Below are positions 7,881-16,994 of a DNA stretch of 27,120 nucleotides, piece after piece (the stretch's first letter is position 1; every line of letters begins with the position of its first letter). Made by a program: the position numbers and the translations under genes. The stretch comes from a virus. Taxonomy: Duplodnaviria > Caudoviricetes. The stretch spans positions 1 to 27,120 of the IMG/VR virus record IMGVR_UViG_3300035665_000200. One strand, given 5' to 3'. Under the pieces are notes generated by a model, which was not told where the DNA came from, ran no database searches, and saw only the letters and a list, made by a program, of their open reading frames with translations.

Positions 7881-8675
7881 TTACTCTCCTTTTCTAACGT
7901 CATAATGATATCCAGAAACTGAATATTCGTTATTGTTTCCTGGATAATCTGCTGGACTTTCTCCTTCATATTCTGGGATCAATCGTTCACCATCAGCGCG
8001 TGTTCCAAAAATATGATAGAAACAATGAATAGGAATTCCACTTCTTGATTGAAGATAGACTTTCTCTTCATCAATTCTTTTCACGATTACATCTTGATGT
8101 GCTCCAATTGGTGTAAGAGACACAGTAATCGTCGTAAAATCAACAAGTTTCTTCCAGTATTGTGGAAGTTCAATTTCAGTTCTGTTAAGAACCTTACCCC
8201 TTACATAAACATCATTGGATGGTCCTTCGGGGCAGGTATGGCGAAGTCTCCATCCATCTTTTGTTGGGTGAGGAATATCAAAGTTTTTCTTTGCTGCAAG
8301 AATATGTCCACCACAGTTAGAAATTACATTACCAGAAACTGTTAAGTCTCCACCTGCTTGAATCCTAAAATTCACATCAAGATTTCCCATAATTGCAGCA
8401 TTGTCTGAGACACATAATGCATAGGGATTACTTACAGGTAAACATAAAGATCCTGGAACAAAAGGAGGAACAGTGTCTGGATCACTGTTTGTAAGAGGTC
8501 CAATGTTTACAGTTGCATATGCTGTTGGAAAGTGTGTTGGACTTCCAAAAACTGCAGGACCTTCTATAAAAGCAGATCCATTAATCTTTTGATCACCCTC
8601 TTTAATTGCGGGAACAATACCCGTTCCCACTTTAAGCTGTCCTCCTACATTTACATCGTCTTGGGTAAAACTCAT
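7881..8675 (-). CDS. Tail-associated protein with C-terminal putative intramolecular-chaperone-like domain (paralog 1)
   Basis: 264 aa; KKNFDIPHPTKDGWRLRHTCPEGPSNDVYVRG...LTPIG...EYEG; AGGAG RBS; follows the gp5-like genes. Confidence 0.7.
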   Translation of the reverse strand: MSFTQDDVNVGGQLKVGTGIVPAIKEGDQKINGSAFIEGPAVFGSPTHFPTAYATVNIGPLTNSDPDTVPPFVPGSLCLPVSNPYALCVSDNAAIMGNLDVNFRIQAGGDLTVSGNVISNCGGHILAAKKNFDIPHPTKDGWRLRHTCPEGPSNDVYVRGKVLNRTEIELPQYWKKLVDFTTITVSLTPIGAHQDVIVKRIDEEKVYLQSRSGIPIHCFYHIFGTRADGERLIPEYEGESPADYPGNNNEYSVSGYHYDVRKGE

Positions 8676-8686
8676 TTATAATCTCC

Positions 8687-9403
8687 TTAAATTTGATTAT
8701 TTTTTCTTTGAAAATTTTGACCGCCTACTTTTGAATCTTTTTTTGCACAGGCATCAGTGACTCCTTGAATAATAGATCCATACATTTTTAGAACTCCATT
8801 TGAAATTATTTCTCCAGTTCCAGGAGTGCAGATTTTATATGATGCCGAAGCATTAACTAGAAACTTCTTTGAGTCTGCACTGATGTTTTCGGATGCAGTC
8901 ATTCGGATATTTCCTTTACTTCCACCCTCACCAGTAGCAATTAATTCAATATCAGTTCCCTCTAATCTAATTTTACCATTAGATGCAACAATAAGTATAT
9001 TACCATTTTTTGAATTAATCATCAAGGTGTCTTGTGCCTCTTGATTATCACTTCCAGCTTCCATCTGAATATTTCCAGGTGCTGTAAGTGTCGTCCATCC
9101 CTTTCTTGGACCATCCTTGTCCATAGAAAGTTGGTGTCTTCCATCAGGTGTCTGAAGAATGACCGCTGCGGTTACATCTGCTTTTTCGTGAATATGACCA
9201 AAGCTGATAGAACCGTGATCGTTTCCATAACGAATTGCAGTGTAATTCTGCTTTGCTGTGTCTGATGGATTTGTGCTTAGATTTCCACCTTCAGTAGAAC
9301 CTAATCTATCAACAGCACATCTGTTTACAATGTCATCAAGATTTCCAAAATCCTGTTGAGATTGATTTTCAATTTCTCTTGTAAAATCGTCAGAAAGAGG
9401 CAT
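8687..9403 (-). CDS. Baseplate spike, gp5 C-terminal beta-helix-like protein
   Basis: 238 aa with short repeating beta strands (NGNILIVASNGKIRLEGTDIELIA, GNIRMTASENISADS) like gp5/VgrG spikes; lies downstream of the gp5 N-terminal gene. Confidence 0.65.
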   Translation of the reverse strand: MPLSDDFTREIENQSQQDFGNLDDIVNRCAVDRLGSTEGGNLSTNPSDTAKQNYTAIRYGNDHGSISFGHIHEKADVTAAVILQTPDGRHQLSMDKDGPRKGWTTLTAPGNIQMEAGSDNQEAQDTLMINSKNGNILIVASNGKIRLEGTDIELIATGEGGSKGNIRMTASENISADSKKFLVNASASYKICTPGTGEIISNGVLKMYGSIIQGVTDACAKKDSKVGGQNFQRKNNQI

Positions 9404-9442
9404 TTATAAATTTCTATATGATAATAAGTATTTAATCAAGAT

Positions 9443-12400
9443 TTAGACAAGATTTTCTGGAGTGCCTGGGAGATTAAGTCTTGGATTATTGCTGGTAACG
9501 TCTGTGCCTTGTCTCTGTATCGCAGATGGAGGCGTAGTGACTTGAGCATCAATACTTTCTTGAAGAGTATCATAAACTTGTACAAGTTGTCCTGGAGTTT
9601 CATAGAATCCAGCATAACGAACACCTTCTTTATAAAAGACAGCACCATAATATGCACGACCATCTACATATCCAGTTTGCTTGAGTCCAACCAAATCAGT
9701 AACCTGGATTAATTTTTGTGGTTCAGTAACAATTGGATCTCTTACAACTTCAAACTGTGGTCTAAATGTTGCATTGATTCCAGTATCTGATGGTAAAGTA
9801 ATCTCTGGATATCTTGTAAATCCAAGACCAGGATTTAAAACTTTCACATTTACAATTCTACCAAAAGTATCACATTCATAATCAAGAACAGCACCATTAC
9901 TTGGAGTGATTTGGATTTGATCTATACCGCAACTGTAATTGATACCCGTATCGTCCACAATAACATTCTTAAGTCTTAATGATACTGGATAATCTCCTGT
10001 TCCTGGGCGCGGAAATCCATTTCCTGGATCATCGACAATCACATCAGTAACAACACCTTTACCTCTAATTCTCTTAGGACACGGTGGGGGGATTAGAATT
10101 GCAGAAATACCCATTGGGTTTTCTGTCCAAGGTTTACTAACTCCTGTTGCTTGACTTACTTTTTTAGTAATTTGAGCAAATCCTACAACAGGGTTTTGTT
10201 GGAATCCAGTATCAGGTATTCTTATATTTGAGAGTTCTAATTCAATGGTTCTTTTTCCTTTAGTAATATTAAAGTTTGTTTTTCTTCTACCTTCAAATAC
10301 TTTTGATTCGCCAACCTTTACTCCATCAACTTTAACAATCAAATTATCATCTGCTTCTGCTTCTAAAGTATATTGCCCATCTTCAGGAAAATCTACATTA
10401 GTCCAACGGAAAATCCAAGTATTTCCCTGAACTTCTTCATTTGGTATTGCATTTACGTCATCAAAAAGTGGAGATATGAAATCGCCTCTGTAATTTGCAA
10501 TTGGTGTTGGTCCTTCATAAAGAGCACCACTTTTTGAAGTTCCACTTGTTGTGGCTGGTGGTTTGTAAGTAACAACAAATTTGCAAGTATCTCCTTTAAT
10601 GTCAAAAAACTTTCCAATGCTTGCATTAACATAACAATCATCAAAACGATTTTCAATCCAATCTTCAAGTTGAAGAAGACTTCCACTAGACTTTAATTGA
10701 ATTTTTCCCGGAGGATTATAAGATTTGTAATCAAAGTCTGTAATTTTTACGGTGTATTCTTTTCCATATTCAACCGTTCTTTTAAATCTCTCTTTTGGAT
10801 ATGGTGTTTGATCAAAAGATTTCTTAACTACAATGTCTAATTCTTCAATTCTAATTGCCTTTCCAATTTGACCACCAACAAAAACTTCAAAATCAATATC
10901 AACTGTTTTTGGTCCTTGAGCACTAACAATCCAATCTTTTGTACTGAATATTTTCTTATCTACAAATTCAAATGTTTCTGTGATTCCATTTTCAACTTCA
11001 ACTTGTATTGTATGTTTTCCTTTTGTTAGAAAAACTTTCTTTGGTTTGGGATTATTTTCCCTCCAGTTAAAAATTCTACCACCATCAATATCAGCAATGC
11101 CACTTCTTTGTTGAGCACCACTTCCACCTCTAGTATTTCTTAATTCTATTGGTATATAATTTGCCTGCATAATCGGCACATCATCAATTAAGATTCTACC
11201 CGCATTATCAACAGTTGATTTAAGCGCATAAAACCCGTCATAAGGGATATCCAAATTCCAAGAATTCCTATAAACAACTCCACCACTATCACTTCCTTTT
11301 TTTGATAAAGGAGGAACTGGAGAAATCGCATAACGATTCATAAATTGACTCCAACTTGGTCCCTCTCCTGGAGTTTTCACATATTTAACTGGCCACCACT
11401 TTTCCTTTCCACTAGGAAATCTTGTTGTCCAAATTGGATTATTTGGGCATCTACCCTCTTGTTGTATGATAGGTTCTTGAGGAATTGGAGGCATTGGAGC
11501 ATCAATTGTTAATGCAACTCCCATTGGATTTTCATTCCAAGACTTTGCAGAGATAACTTCTTCTTCAGTAAATGAAGTTTCAACATTTATTGCAAGAGCC
11601 ATTGGATTTCCTTTTGCCAAAGGACCAACATTAATTTGCTCCAAATCGGCAATCAGTTTATATTTTCCTGCTTTGAAGAATTTTGTTTCTAAAGTTTTAC
11701 CTGTGCTTCTTCCAGGACTACTAAATCCTCTCTTAGTAATTACAGTATCTCCACCTGGTCCACTAAAAGTAAGATTCACATTATCATCTACCATTATTTC
11801 AATGTTATAATTACCATCAATTGGAAAGTCTAAATTATCCCAAACAATCCTATGGGTTCCAACATAACTTTCTTCTTGTGCTCCTGAAGAAGAAGGATCA
11901 AAGGGAAGAATTCCATATTGATTTATAAATCCAGAGTCTCTTCCTGCTGTTGGATCAATTCTCCAAAGTTGTCTATTTGCTCTATTGATGTAATCAATAG
12001 TATTAAAAATATTTCTTGATTGTATATTTTGTGATGATGTTGATGTTGATGTTTTTGGAGGTTGTGGCGCAATTTCTAGAGGTAAAGCACTTGCAATTAA
12101 TACTTCAAGAACCATTTGATCATCAACACTTGCAGAAATTTCATAATCTCCACTTTCATTAATGTATACATTTGCCCATTCAATATTTGTAGTTGTATTA
12201 TCCTTTACATTTTCAGGAAGAACTCCACTTCTTTGCAAAAAGATTTGACTCTCTGCAGAATTTTTAGAGAATTCATTTAGAGCATATTCTCCAGAAGTAA
12301 CCGGAATTAATTTAACATTAGATCCATTAATGTTTCTTAGACTATCAAATACTACCTTGCCGTTTGATTTATTTTTGATTTCAATAGCAATTCCAGAAGG

Positions 12401-13591
12401 ACCAGTTACTTGATCATATGCTACTTTTACTTTGTAAATACCTGCCTTAAAATTATTTACTAGGTTTTTTACTCCAGAATAAGCAGCAGTAACTTTAAAT
12501 GGTTTTTGATTTGGGGTGGGTGGTTGTGTTATAACTTGCTTTATGACTTTTTCTTTGATTGGAATATTCAATAAGTCTAATCTAATTCTATGAACACCTG
12601 CTTTAAGTGTTTTTGTGATTGCTTCAGGAGAATCTTTGAAAGATCTAAGATCTGTTATTTTAACATTATCCAAATAAAACTCTGCTTTATTATCACATAG
12701 TCCTCTAAAAACATATTCACCATCATAGGGAAATTCTTCTTCCCATTCAAATGTAAAAGGAATTCCTGCAAAATCACTTCCTGGAACATTTGATGGTGAA
12801 ACAGGAGACACTGCAAAGGAATTCATAAATTCATTCCAAGCAGGATAATCAACATTAAACTTAGTTCTTGTAACCTTATTTGCAGAAGTTAATCTTAGAG
12901 GAGGTTCTTTTCTTGTACTCCACCAAGGATTTTGTAACTGCTGAAGAAAGTCTTGATATTCTTTAATTTCCCTTGCAATCGGATCTTTGGATAAATTTGC
13001 ATAAAGAGTCGGATCCCAGGATCCAAGTTCTTTTCCATTTGGATCATATCTTAAACCATATCCAACATCAGTTGGTTCACAGATTTCATACTCTTCAAAA
13101 TCATCTTCTTGATCATAAAATTCGACAGTTTCCGTAATTTCTCCAATGACAGCACGAGTAACTGCACCAACTCCAATATTGCACCCATCTTTAACTTCTA
13201 CAATCGGTGCATATTGATATCCAAATCCACCAGAAACTAAGTCAATCGCAAGTAATGCACCATCTTGACCGATGACTGGATTACCCTGAACACCAACTCC
13301 ACCACCACCATAAAAATAAACTTGAGGGGGCCCACACTCAGATTCAAGTTGAATTCCTCCACAAGGATTCTCTTGAGAAACTATATCGTTTGGGGTGAGT
13401 TGATTAACTTCATTGATGTTTAGATACTTAATAAAGTTCCTGGTCTTAAATACAAAACGAGTTCCAGGATTTAATTTTGCATAATCATTAGCTTCACAGA
13501 CAGACACACCTTCAACAAATCCCCTGTCGGTGGAAATGTATCCAACTTTAATTACATCTTGTGAAGAAGGTCCAAAAATATTAAAAGACAT
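9443..13591 (-). CDS. Large baseplate/tail protein with about five PA14-like domains (middle part of the gp5 locus)
   Basis: 1382 aa; repeated (F/I)PxDGxYxxxxxxD(D/N) motifs, NPMG/NPMA repeats and GxGY/GxGF fibre-type motifs at both ends. Confidence 0.7.
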   Translation of the reverse strand: MSFNIFGPSSQDVIKVGYISTDRGFVEGVSVCEANDYAKLNPGTRFVFKTRNFIKYLNINEVNQLTPNDIVSQENPCGGIQLESECGPPQVYFYGGGGVGVQGNPVIGQDGALLAIDLVSGGFGYQYAPIVEVKDGCNIGVGAVTRAVIGEITETVEFYDQEDDFEEYEICEPTDVGYGLRYDPNGKELGSWDPTLYANLSKDPIAREIKEYQDFLQQLQNPWWSTRKEPPLRLTSANKVTRTKFNVDYPAWNEFMNSFAVSPVSPSNVPGSDFAGIPFTFEWEEEFPYDGEYVFRGLCDNKAEFYLDNVKITDLRSFKDSPEAITKTLKAGVHRIRLDLLNIPIKEKVIKQVITQPPTPNQKPFKVTAAYSGVKNLVNNFKAGIYKVKVAYDQVTGPSGIAIEIKNKSNGKVVFDSLRNINGSNVKLIPVTSGEYALNEFSKNSAESQIFLQRSGVLPENVKDNTTTNIEWANVYINESGDYEISASVDDQMVLEVLIASALPLEIAPQPPKTSTSTSSQNIQSRNIFNTIDYINRANRQLWRIDPTAGRDSGFINQYGILPFDPSSSGAQEESYVGTHRIVWDNLDFPIDGNYNIEIMVDDNVNLTFSGPGGDTVITKRGFSSPGRSTGKTLETKFFKAGKYKLIADLEQINVGPLAKGNPMALAINVETSFTEEEVISAKSWNENPMGVALTIDAPMPPIPQEPIIQQEGRCPNNPIWTTRFPSGKEKWWPVKYVKTPGEGPSWSQFMNRYAISPVPPLSKKGSDSGGVVYRNSWNLDIPYDGFYALKSTVDNAGRILIDDVPIMQANYIPIELRNTRGGSGAQQRSGIADIDGGRIFNWRENNPKPKKVFLTKGKHTIQVEVENGITETFEFVDKKIFSTKDWIVSAQGPKTVDIDFEVFVGGQIGKAIRIEELDIVVKKSFDQTPYPKERFKRTVEYGKEYTVKITDFDYKSYNPPGKIQLKSSGSLLQLEDWIENRFDDCYVNASIGKFFDIKGDTCKFVVTYKPPATTSGTSKSGALYEGPTPIANYRGDFISPLFDDVNAIPNEEVQGNTWIFRWTNVDFPEDGQYTLEAEADDNLIVKVDGVKVGESKVFEGRRKTNFNITKGKRTIELELSNIRIPDTGFQQNPVVGFAQITKKVSQATGVSKPWTENPMGISAILIPPPCPKRIRGKGVVTDVIVDDPGNGFPRPGTGDYPVSLRLKNVIVDDTGINYSCGIDQIQITPSNGAVLDYECDTFGRIVNVKVLNPGLGFTRYPEITLPSDTGINATFRPQFEVVRDPIVTEPQKLIQVTDLVGLKQTGYVDGRAYYGAVFYKEGVRYAGFYETPGQLVQVYDTLQESIDAQVTTPPSAIQRQGTDVTSNNPRLNLPGTPENLV

Positions 13592-13627
13592 TTATATTAT
13601 AATCTTTCTTGGATTCCAGTTTAATCA

Positions 13628-13634
13628 TATTTAT
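13628..13634 (-). promoter_or_regulatory. Putative late promoter (ATAAATA)
   Basis: Overlaps the stop codon of the gp5 N-terminal gene, 37 nt upstream of ATG 13591. Confidence 0.55.
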
Positions 13635-15355
13635 CTCTTTAGATTTACGTCTGGAGTTGCCTTTGTTGGTTCAACATAAGGAACCTCTGCGGTTGGAGTT
13701 ACTGATGTTGTTTTTGCTGCAATATCTTCAACTGATTTAAGATTTGGTGTTTGGGGTTCTGGTTGTGATGCACCACCTCTTGCAAAGGTATAGTAGTCAG
13801 ATACTGCTACATTTGGTTTTAATTCACACCCAAATAAATTTAATTTAAGATTTTCAAAACTTAAAGCAGAAGTCATACTTCCATCAATATTTCCAATCAA
13901 TGAAGTAATATCTGAGAAAGGTCCATTCACTCCAGAAATTTGCCCCTGAATATCCCCAAGAAAAGCATTCACATTATTAATTAAAGTATTGTTTGCATCT
14001 GTAATGTCATTTTTACTGAAAGAAATTGCTTGTCCTACAATTTCTTCAGCGTAACACATTGGAACATAAGGATTCTTTCTTCTATCATCTGTGCTTTGTC
14101 TTGCTTGTTGTTCTATCTTTTCTGGTTGTAATGCAGCAAGCAATAAGGATTCAATCAATCCACATAATCCTTGAGTAATTTTATTATACAAACATAGAAT
14201 AAGTTCAGTAATAATTTCTTTAAGATCTGCAATCATATGTCTCATACTTGAAGGCATTGCAGAAACAATTTTAGATAATTCTTTGTTTAATAACTTCAAA
14301 ACATATTCCATAATCTTATCAAAAATTATTTTTATATATTTTGCAATAATACAAGCAGCCTTTGAAATTAAACTTAGTATTTCTTTTATAATACTTGAGA
14401 CTGCATCTGCATAACACTTAAGAGCATTCAAATACTTTGATATTTCTTGTAGTAAATTATCTAATACTGTTTGAATCGCTTTGATTGCAGATCCAACTTT
14501 GTCATCTGGTTTCAAGAGAGGAATTCTTTCTTGATACTTATCTTGTCTTTTTTTATCTCCTGCCCCTATTTGGTGAACTGCATTTGTACTTTCTTTTGTT
14601 GCTCCTGGTTGAGATAATGATGCTGGAGAACTTGCTTCTCTGCAACGATTTTTAATTCCTTGTGCTACTTTTTGTTGAACATAATTATCTCTTTCTGCAC
14701 CAGTTAATCCTTTTTGATCTGCCTCTGCTCTTGCACTTTGAGCATCTGCAAGTTGAGTAGAAGTAAGAGACTTATCTGAACGAAGACCATATTCATTTAC
14801 AAAGACATTTGGTGGAGCAGGAGCACATTCTGATGTCTGCTCTGGTGTCTTTGGTTTTACAATGACTTTCTCTTCATCAGGAACTTTTTCCTTTTTATCT
14901 CTTACCTTTGGTTCTTGAGTATTTGCAAATCCACTTTGAGGACTAAAATTCTTTCCTCCAGTGAGTGCTGTTTTGTTAGATAACGTTGTCTGAGCATTAT
15001 TGCCCAGAACTCCCATAATGACTGGAACTTGTTGATCTTGTCCATCAAGAAAAAATCCAAATACAAAATTTCCTTGACGAAGATTTGGAGTTTGTGATGC
15101 AGAAGATTGTCCACCTCCTGCCGTCACTGGATACATCACTTGTGCCCAAGCAAGTTCTTCAGAACGAAGTGATTCTTCATCTTGATCGTGAAGACCAATA
15201 ATTCTTACTTTATAACGATATCCCCATCCAACAATACTATTTCTGTCTGTAAATTTTCCAGGCAGTATATTATCCCTCCAAGTGGAGTCATCAGCAATCT
15301 GCCCTATCCACCAATTAAAATGTTCACCAAGAAACCCAGGATTATATAAACTCAT
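13631..15355 (-). CDS. gp5: Baseplate hub protein, gp5 N-terminal OB-fold (no lysozyme domain visible)
   Basis: WWIGQIADD...RYKVRIIGLH...LAWAQVMYP...GNFVFGFFLDGQDQQVPVIMGVL is the T4 gp5 OB-fold signature; a long helical region follows. Confidence 0.85.
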   Translation of the reverse strand: MSLYNPGFLGEHFNWWIGQIADDSTWRDNILPGKFTDRNSIVGWGYRYKVRIIGLHDQDEESLRSEELAWAQVMYPVTAGGGQSSASQTPNLRQGNFVFGFFLDGQDQQVPVIMGVLGNNAQTTLSNKTALTGGKNFSPQSGFANTQEPKVRDKKEKVPDEEKVIVKPKTPEQTSECAPAPPNVFVNEYGLRSDKSLTSTQLADAQSARAEADQKGLTGAERDNYVQQKVAQGIKNRCREASSPASLSQPGATKESTNAVHQIGAGDKKRQDKYQERIPLLKPDDKVGSAIKAIQTVLDNLLQEISKYLNALKCYADAVSSIIKEILSLISKAACIIAKYIKIIFDKIMEYVLKLLNKELSKIVSAMPSSMRHMIADLKEIITELILCLYNKITQGLCGLIESLLLAALQPEKIEQQARQSTDDRRKNPYVPMCYAEEIVGQAISFSKNDITDANNTLINNVNAFLGDIQGQISGVNGPFSDITSLIGNIDGSMTSALSFENLKLNLFGCELKPNVAVSDYYTFARGGASQPEPQTPNLKSVEDIAAKTTSVTPTAEVPYVEPTKATPDVNLKR

Positions 15356-15567
15356 TAGTCCTCATAAATTCTACATTCCAGTGCATTAGGATTATCATTA
15401 CAATATAATTCTAATGCCGTTGGATCGTGATGTTTGGTTGGATGTTTTTGAGTCCATCTTTCAAGTGCAGCCAACTCATCCTCAATATGGCGTTTTGCTT
15501 GAGGAGATGTTAGTGGATCATCTAATATTTTTTTATCATACTCTATGTGCTTCTCTACACTTTCCAT
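15355..15567 (-). CDS. cp12: CP12 Calvin-cycle regulatory protein (auxiliary metabolic gene)
   Basis: 70 aa ending HDPTALELYCNDNPNALECRIYED, the CP12 C-terminal Cys-pair motif. Confidence 0.93.
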   Translation of the reverse strand: MESVEKHIEYDKKILDDPLTSPQAKRHIEDELAALERWTQKHPTKHHDPTALELYCNDNPNALECRIYED

Positions 15568-15599
15568 ATTGGTAAGGTATTATTTACTATTTAACAATT

Positions 15600-16973
15600 T
15601 TAAAAAGGATTATAGGTGGGATTTCCTTTTTTTCCAGTGGAATCCCTCACTGCAGTAATCTTAGTAAAGCATCCCGTTGATAAATTGTAATAATGACAGA
15701 GATCTGCAATAATATAATATCCACCAAGATAATTATCCAGTCCTTGAGTTTGTTTATTTGATAGTTCTGGTGGGTCTATCCAAATCAAATCTCCTGCGTG
15801 CAAACTTAAATCACCATAAATCGTAATTGTAGTTTTTGATGAGAAGAGTTGATTATATCTCATTGAAGACTGATTCAAAATATTCTTTGGATCAAAATTT
15901 TGATCTTTAGATTTTTCTATTTGTTTTTTTGTATCTCCAGATGGTAATGTTCCTCTATCAATTAAATGATATTTTGTTTTTGAAAAATCCTTGTTTTGTC
16001 CTTCAATATTAAATTTTGGATTTATTTTTGGTAAATTCTTTCCTGCTTTTTGAAGGTTCTCTTCAGATGCTTTACTTGATACAGAAGATTGTGAATTTGG
16101 ATTTATAACTTCATAATAACAATCAAAAGGATCAAATAAGATTGTTCTTGTAGAGTAGGTTCCTGCTTCTAGTTTTCTTATAATATCTCCACTTGGATTT
16201 GGTGGATCAAGTTCAAGAATTTTTGCATCATAATCAACAGGAAGATCAACAGTTTGATTGTATATGAATTTTTTTACATTCTTTTTATTTCCACCAGTTC
16301 CAGTCTCAGAAAGCATTCCATCTATGGATTTAAACTTAAATCCTTCTGAGGTTTCAAAAAAGAAAAATCCTGCAGTGTTTCCTTTTGCACCTTGTATATT
16401 TGGAATGGATCTACCTGACAACCAATGAAGAATATAAAATGGATGCCAATTATTTGATATGATATTGTAATTATTATCTGTCGTTTCAATATCTAAATCT
16501 TTTTCGGTCTGCAAAAACTCCCTACAAATCTTTGTAACAGTGTCAGAAATTTTTCCATCATATCTTTTATTTACAACCTTTTTATAATTACGAATACCCT
16601 CTTCAGATATTAGATCAAGAGTTGCTAATGATCTTACAGTGTCTTTTGATAATGGATTAATTGATCTCACCTGCATCTTTAATTTTAAAGTTGCATCGTG
16701 ATTCATATCTTTAAAAGTGATATCAACATCCTCTCCACCTTCTAAAGGCATTCCATCTATAACAGTGCTTGTAACACCATCTGCAACAGAATATTTTCCA
16801 ATATCACTATAAGTTACACTACATTTAATCGTCTCATTCAAAATACTTTCATAATAATAAAAGTCAGTAATAGTTGTTCCACTTGCACCCAAATCAATTG
16901 GAGAAGTTTTTCTTCCTGCTGAGGGATTGATTATGAACTTATCAATAGAATAATTTCTAGTACTCTCTTGCAT
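15600..16973 (-). CDS. Baseplate hub protein (gp27/Mu gp44/late-control D-like)
   Basis: 457 aa; GFFFFETSEGFKFKSID, ITIYGDLSLHAGDLI and GGYYIIADLCH motifs; located between tape-measure-like genes and gp5. Confidence 0.7.
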   Translation of the reverse strand: MQESTRNYSIDKFIINPSAGRKTSPIDLGASGTTITDFYYYESILNETIKCSVTYSDIGKYSVADGVTSTVIDGMPLEGGEDVDITFKDMNHDATLKLKMQVRSINPLSKDTVRSLATLDLISEEGIRNYKKVVNKRYDGKISDTVTKICREFLQTEKDLDIETTDNNYNIISNNWHPFYILHWLSGRSIPNIQGAKGNTAGFFFFETSEGFKFKSIDGMLSETGTGGNKKNVKKFIYNQTVDLPVDYDAKILELDPPNPSGDIIRKLEAGTYSTRTILFDPFDCYYEVINPNSQSSVSSKASEENLQKAGKNLPKINPKFNIEGQNKDFSKTKYHLIDRGTLPSGDTKKQIEKSKDQNFDPKNILNQSSMRYNQLFSSKTTITIYGDLSLHAGDLIWIDPPELSNKQTQGLDNYLGGYYIIADLCHYYNLSTGCFTKITAVRDSTGKKGNPTYNPF

Positions 16974-16994
16974 TGAAATAAAACTCCTATTCTA

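Noticed and set aside
9436-9663. 75-aa same-strand alternative-frame ORF at the end of the 1382-aa gene
   Set aside because: No slippery site or RBS seen, and it does not connect in frame to the next gene
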